Assembly: GCF_006345805.1 (NCBI RefSeq)
Contig: NC_042998.1
Span: forward strand, 58,404,001-58,468,000
From: Octopus sinensis
Lineage: Eukaryota
Length of the DNA stretch: 64,000 nt
Reading direction: 5' to 3'
The translations under genes were made by a program, and so were the position numbers. The notes below the pieces were generated by a model, which had not been told where the DNA came from, ran no database searches, and saw nothing but the letters and a program-made list of their open reading frames with translations. Below, one piece after another: positions 63,884-64,000 of the stretch. Position 1 is the stretch's first letter; each line of letters starts with the position of its first letter.

Positions 63884-64000
63884 TCTCCTTTGCATATTTA
63901 GTGATCAGCTTTCACCACTTGCAGTCCATTTCATTTTCAGTTCTCACTCTTTCACGCCACAGCTCCCATCACAGCAATCAGCTTTCACCACCTTCTGTCC

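Overview
Eukaryotic, AT-rich, microsatellite-dense genomic DNA. The repeat style (tRNA-headed SINEs, CR1 and R4-clade LINE debris, mariner fossils, abundant TA/CA/TACA tracts) suggests a coleoid cephalopod, probably Octopus; this is inference, not a database result. The only host gene I can support is a plus-strand phospholipase C epsilon (PLCE1-like). Three phase-compatible internal exons (33291-33540, 43582-43772, 54927-55740; 1255 nt) cover the end of the CDC25/RasGEF domain and the PH domain. The flanking exons were not found, so most or all of the window is probably intron. The rest is layered transposon debris: four SINE-like families (called A-D here, my labels), CR1 and R4-type LINE fragments, five Tc1/mariner fossils, MITEs and fold-backs. 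The most interesting unexplained structure is a pair of ~222-bp direct repeats 367 nt apart, nested in a dead R4-type LINE. Each carries a decayed type I hammerhead ribozyme, an architecture matching non-LTR retrozymes that make small circular RNAs. Also notable: a pre-miRNA-like 101-nt hairpin on the gene strand, several long intronic inverted repeats (possible ADAR substrates), and SINE module shuffling. Repeat boundaries are approximate and all identities were estimated by hand.
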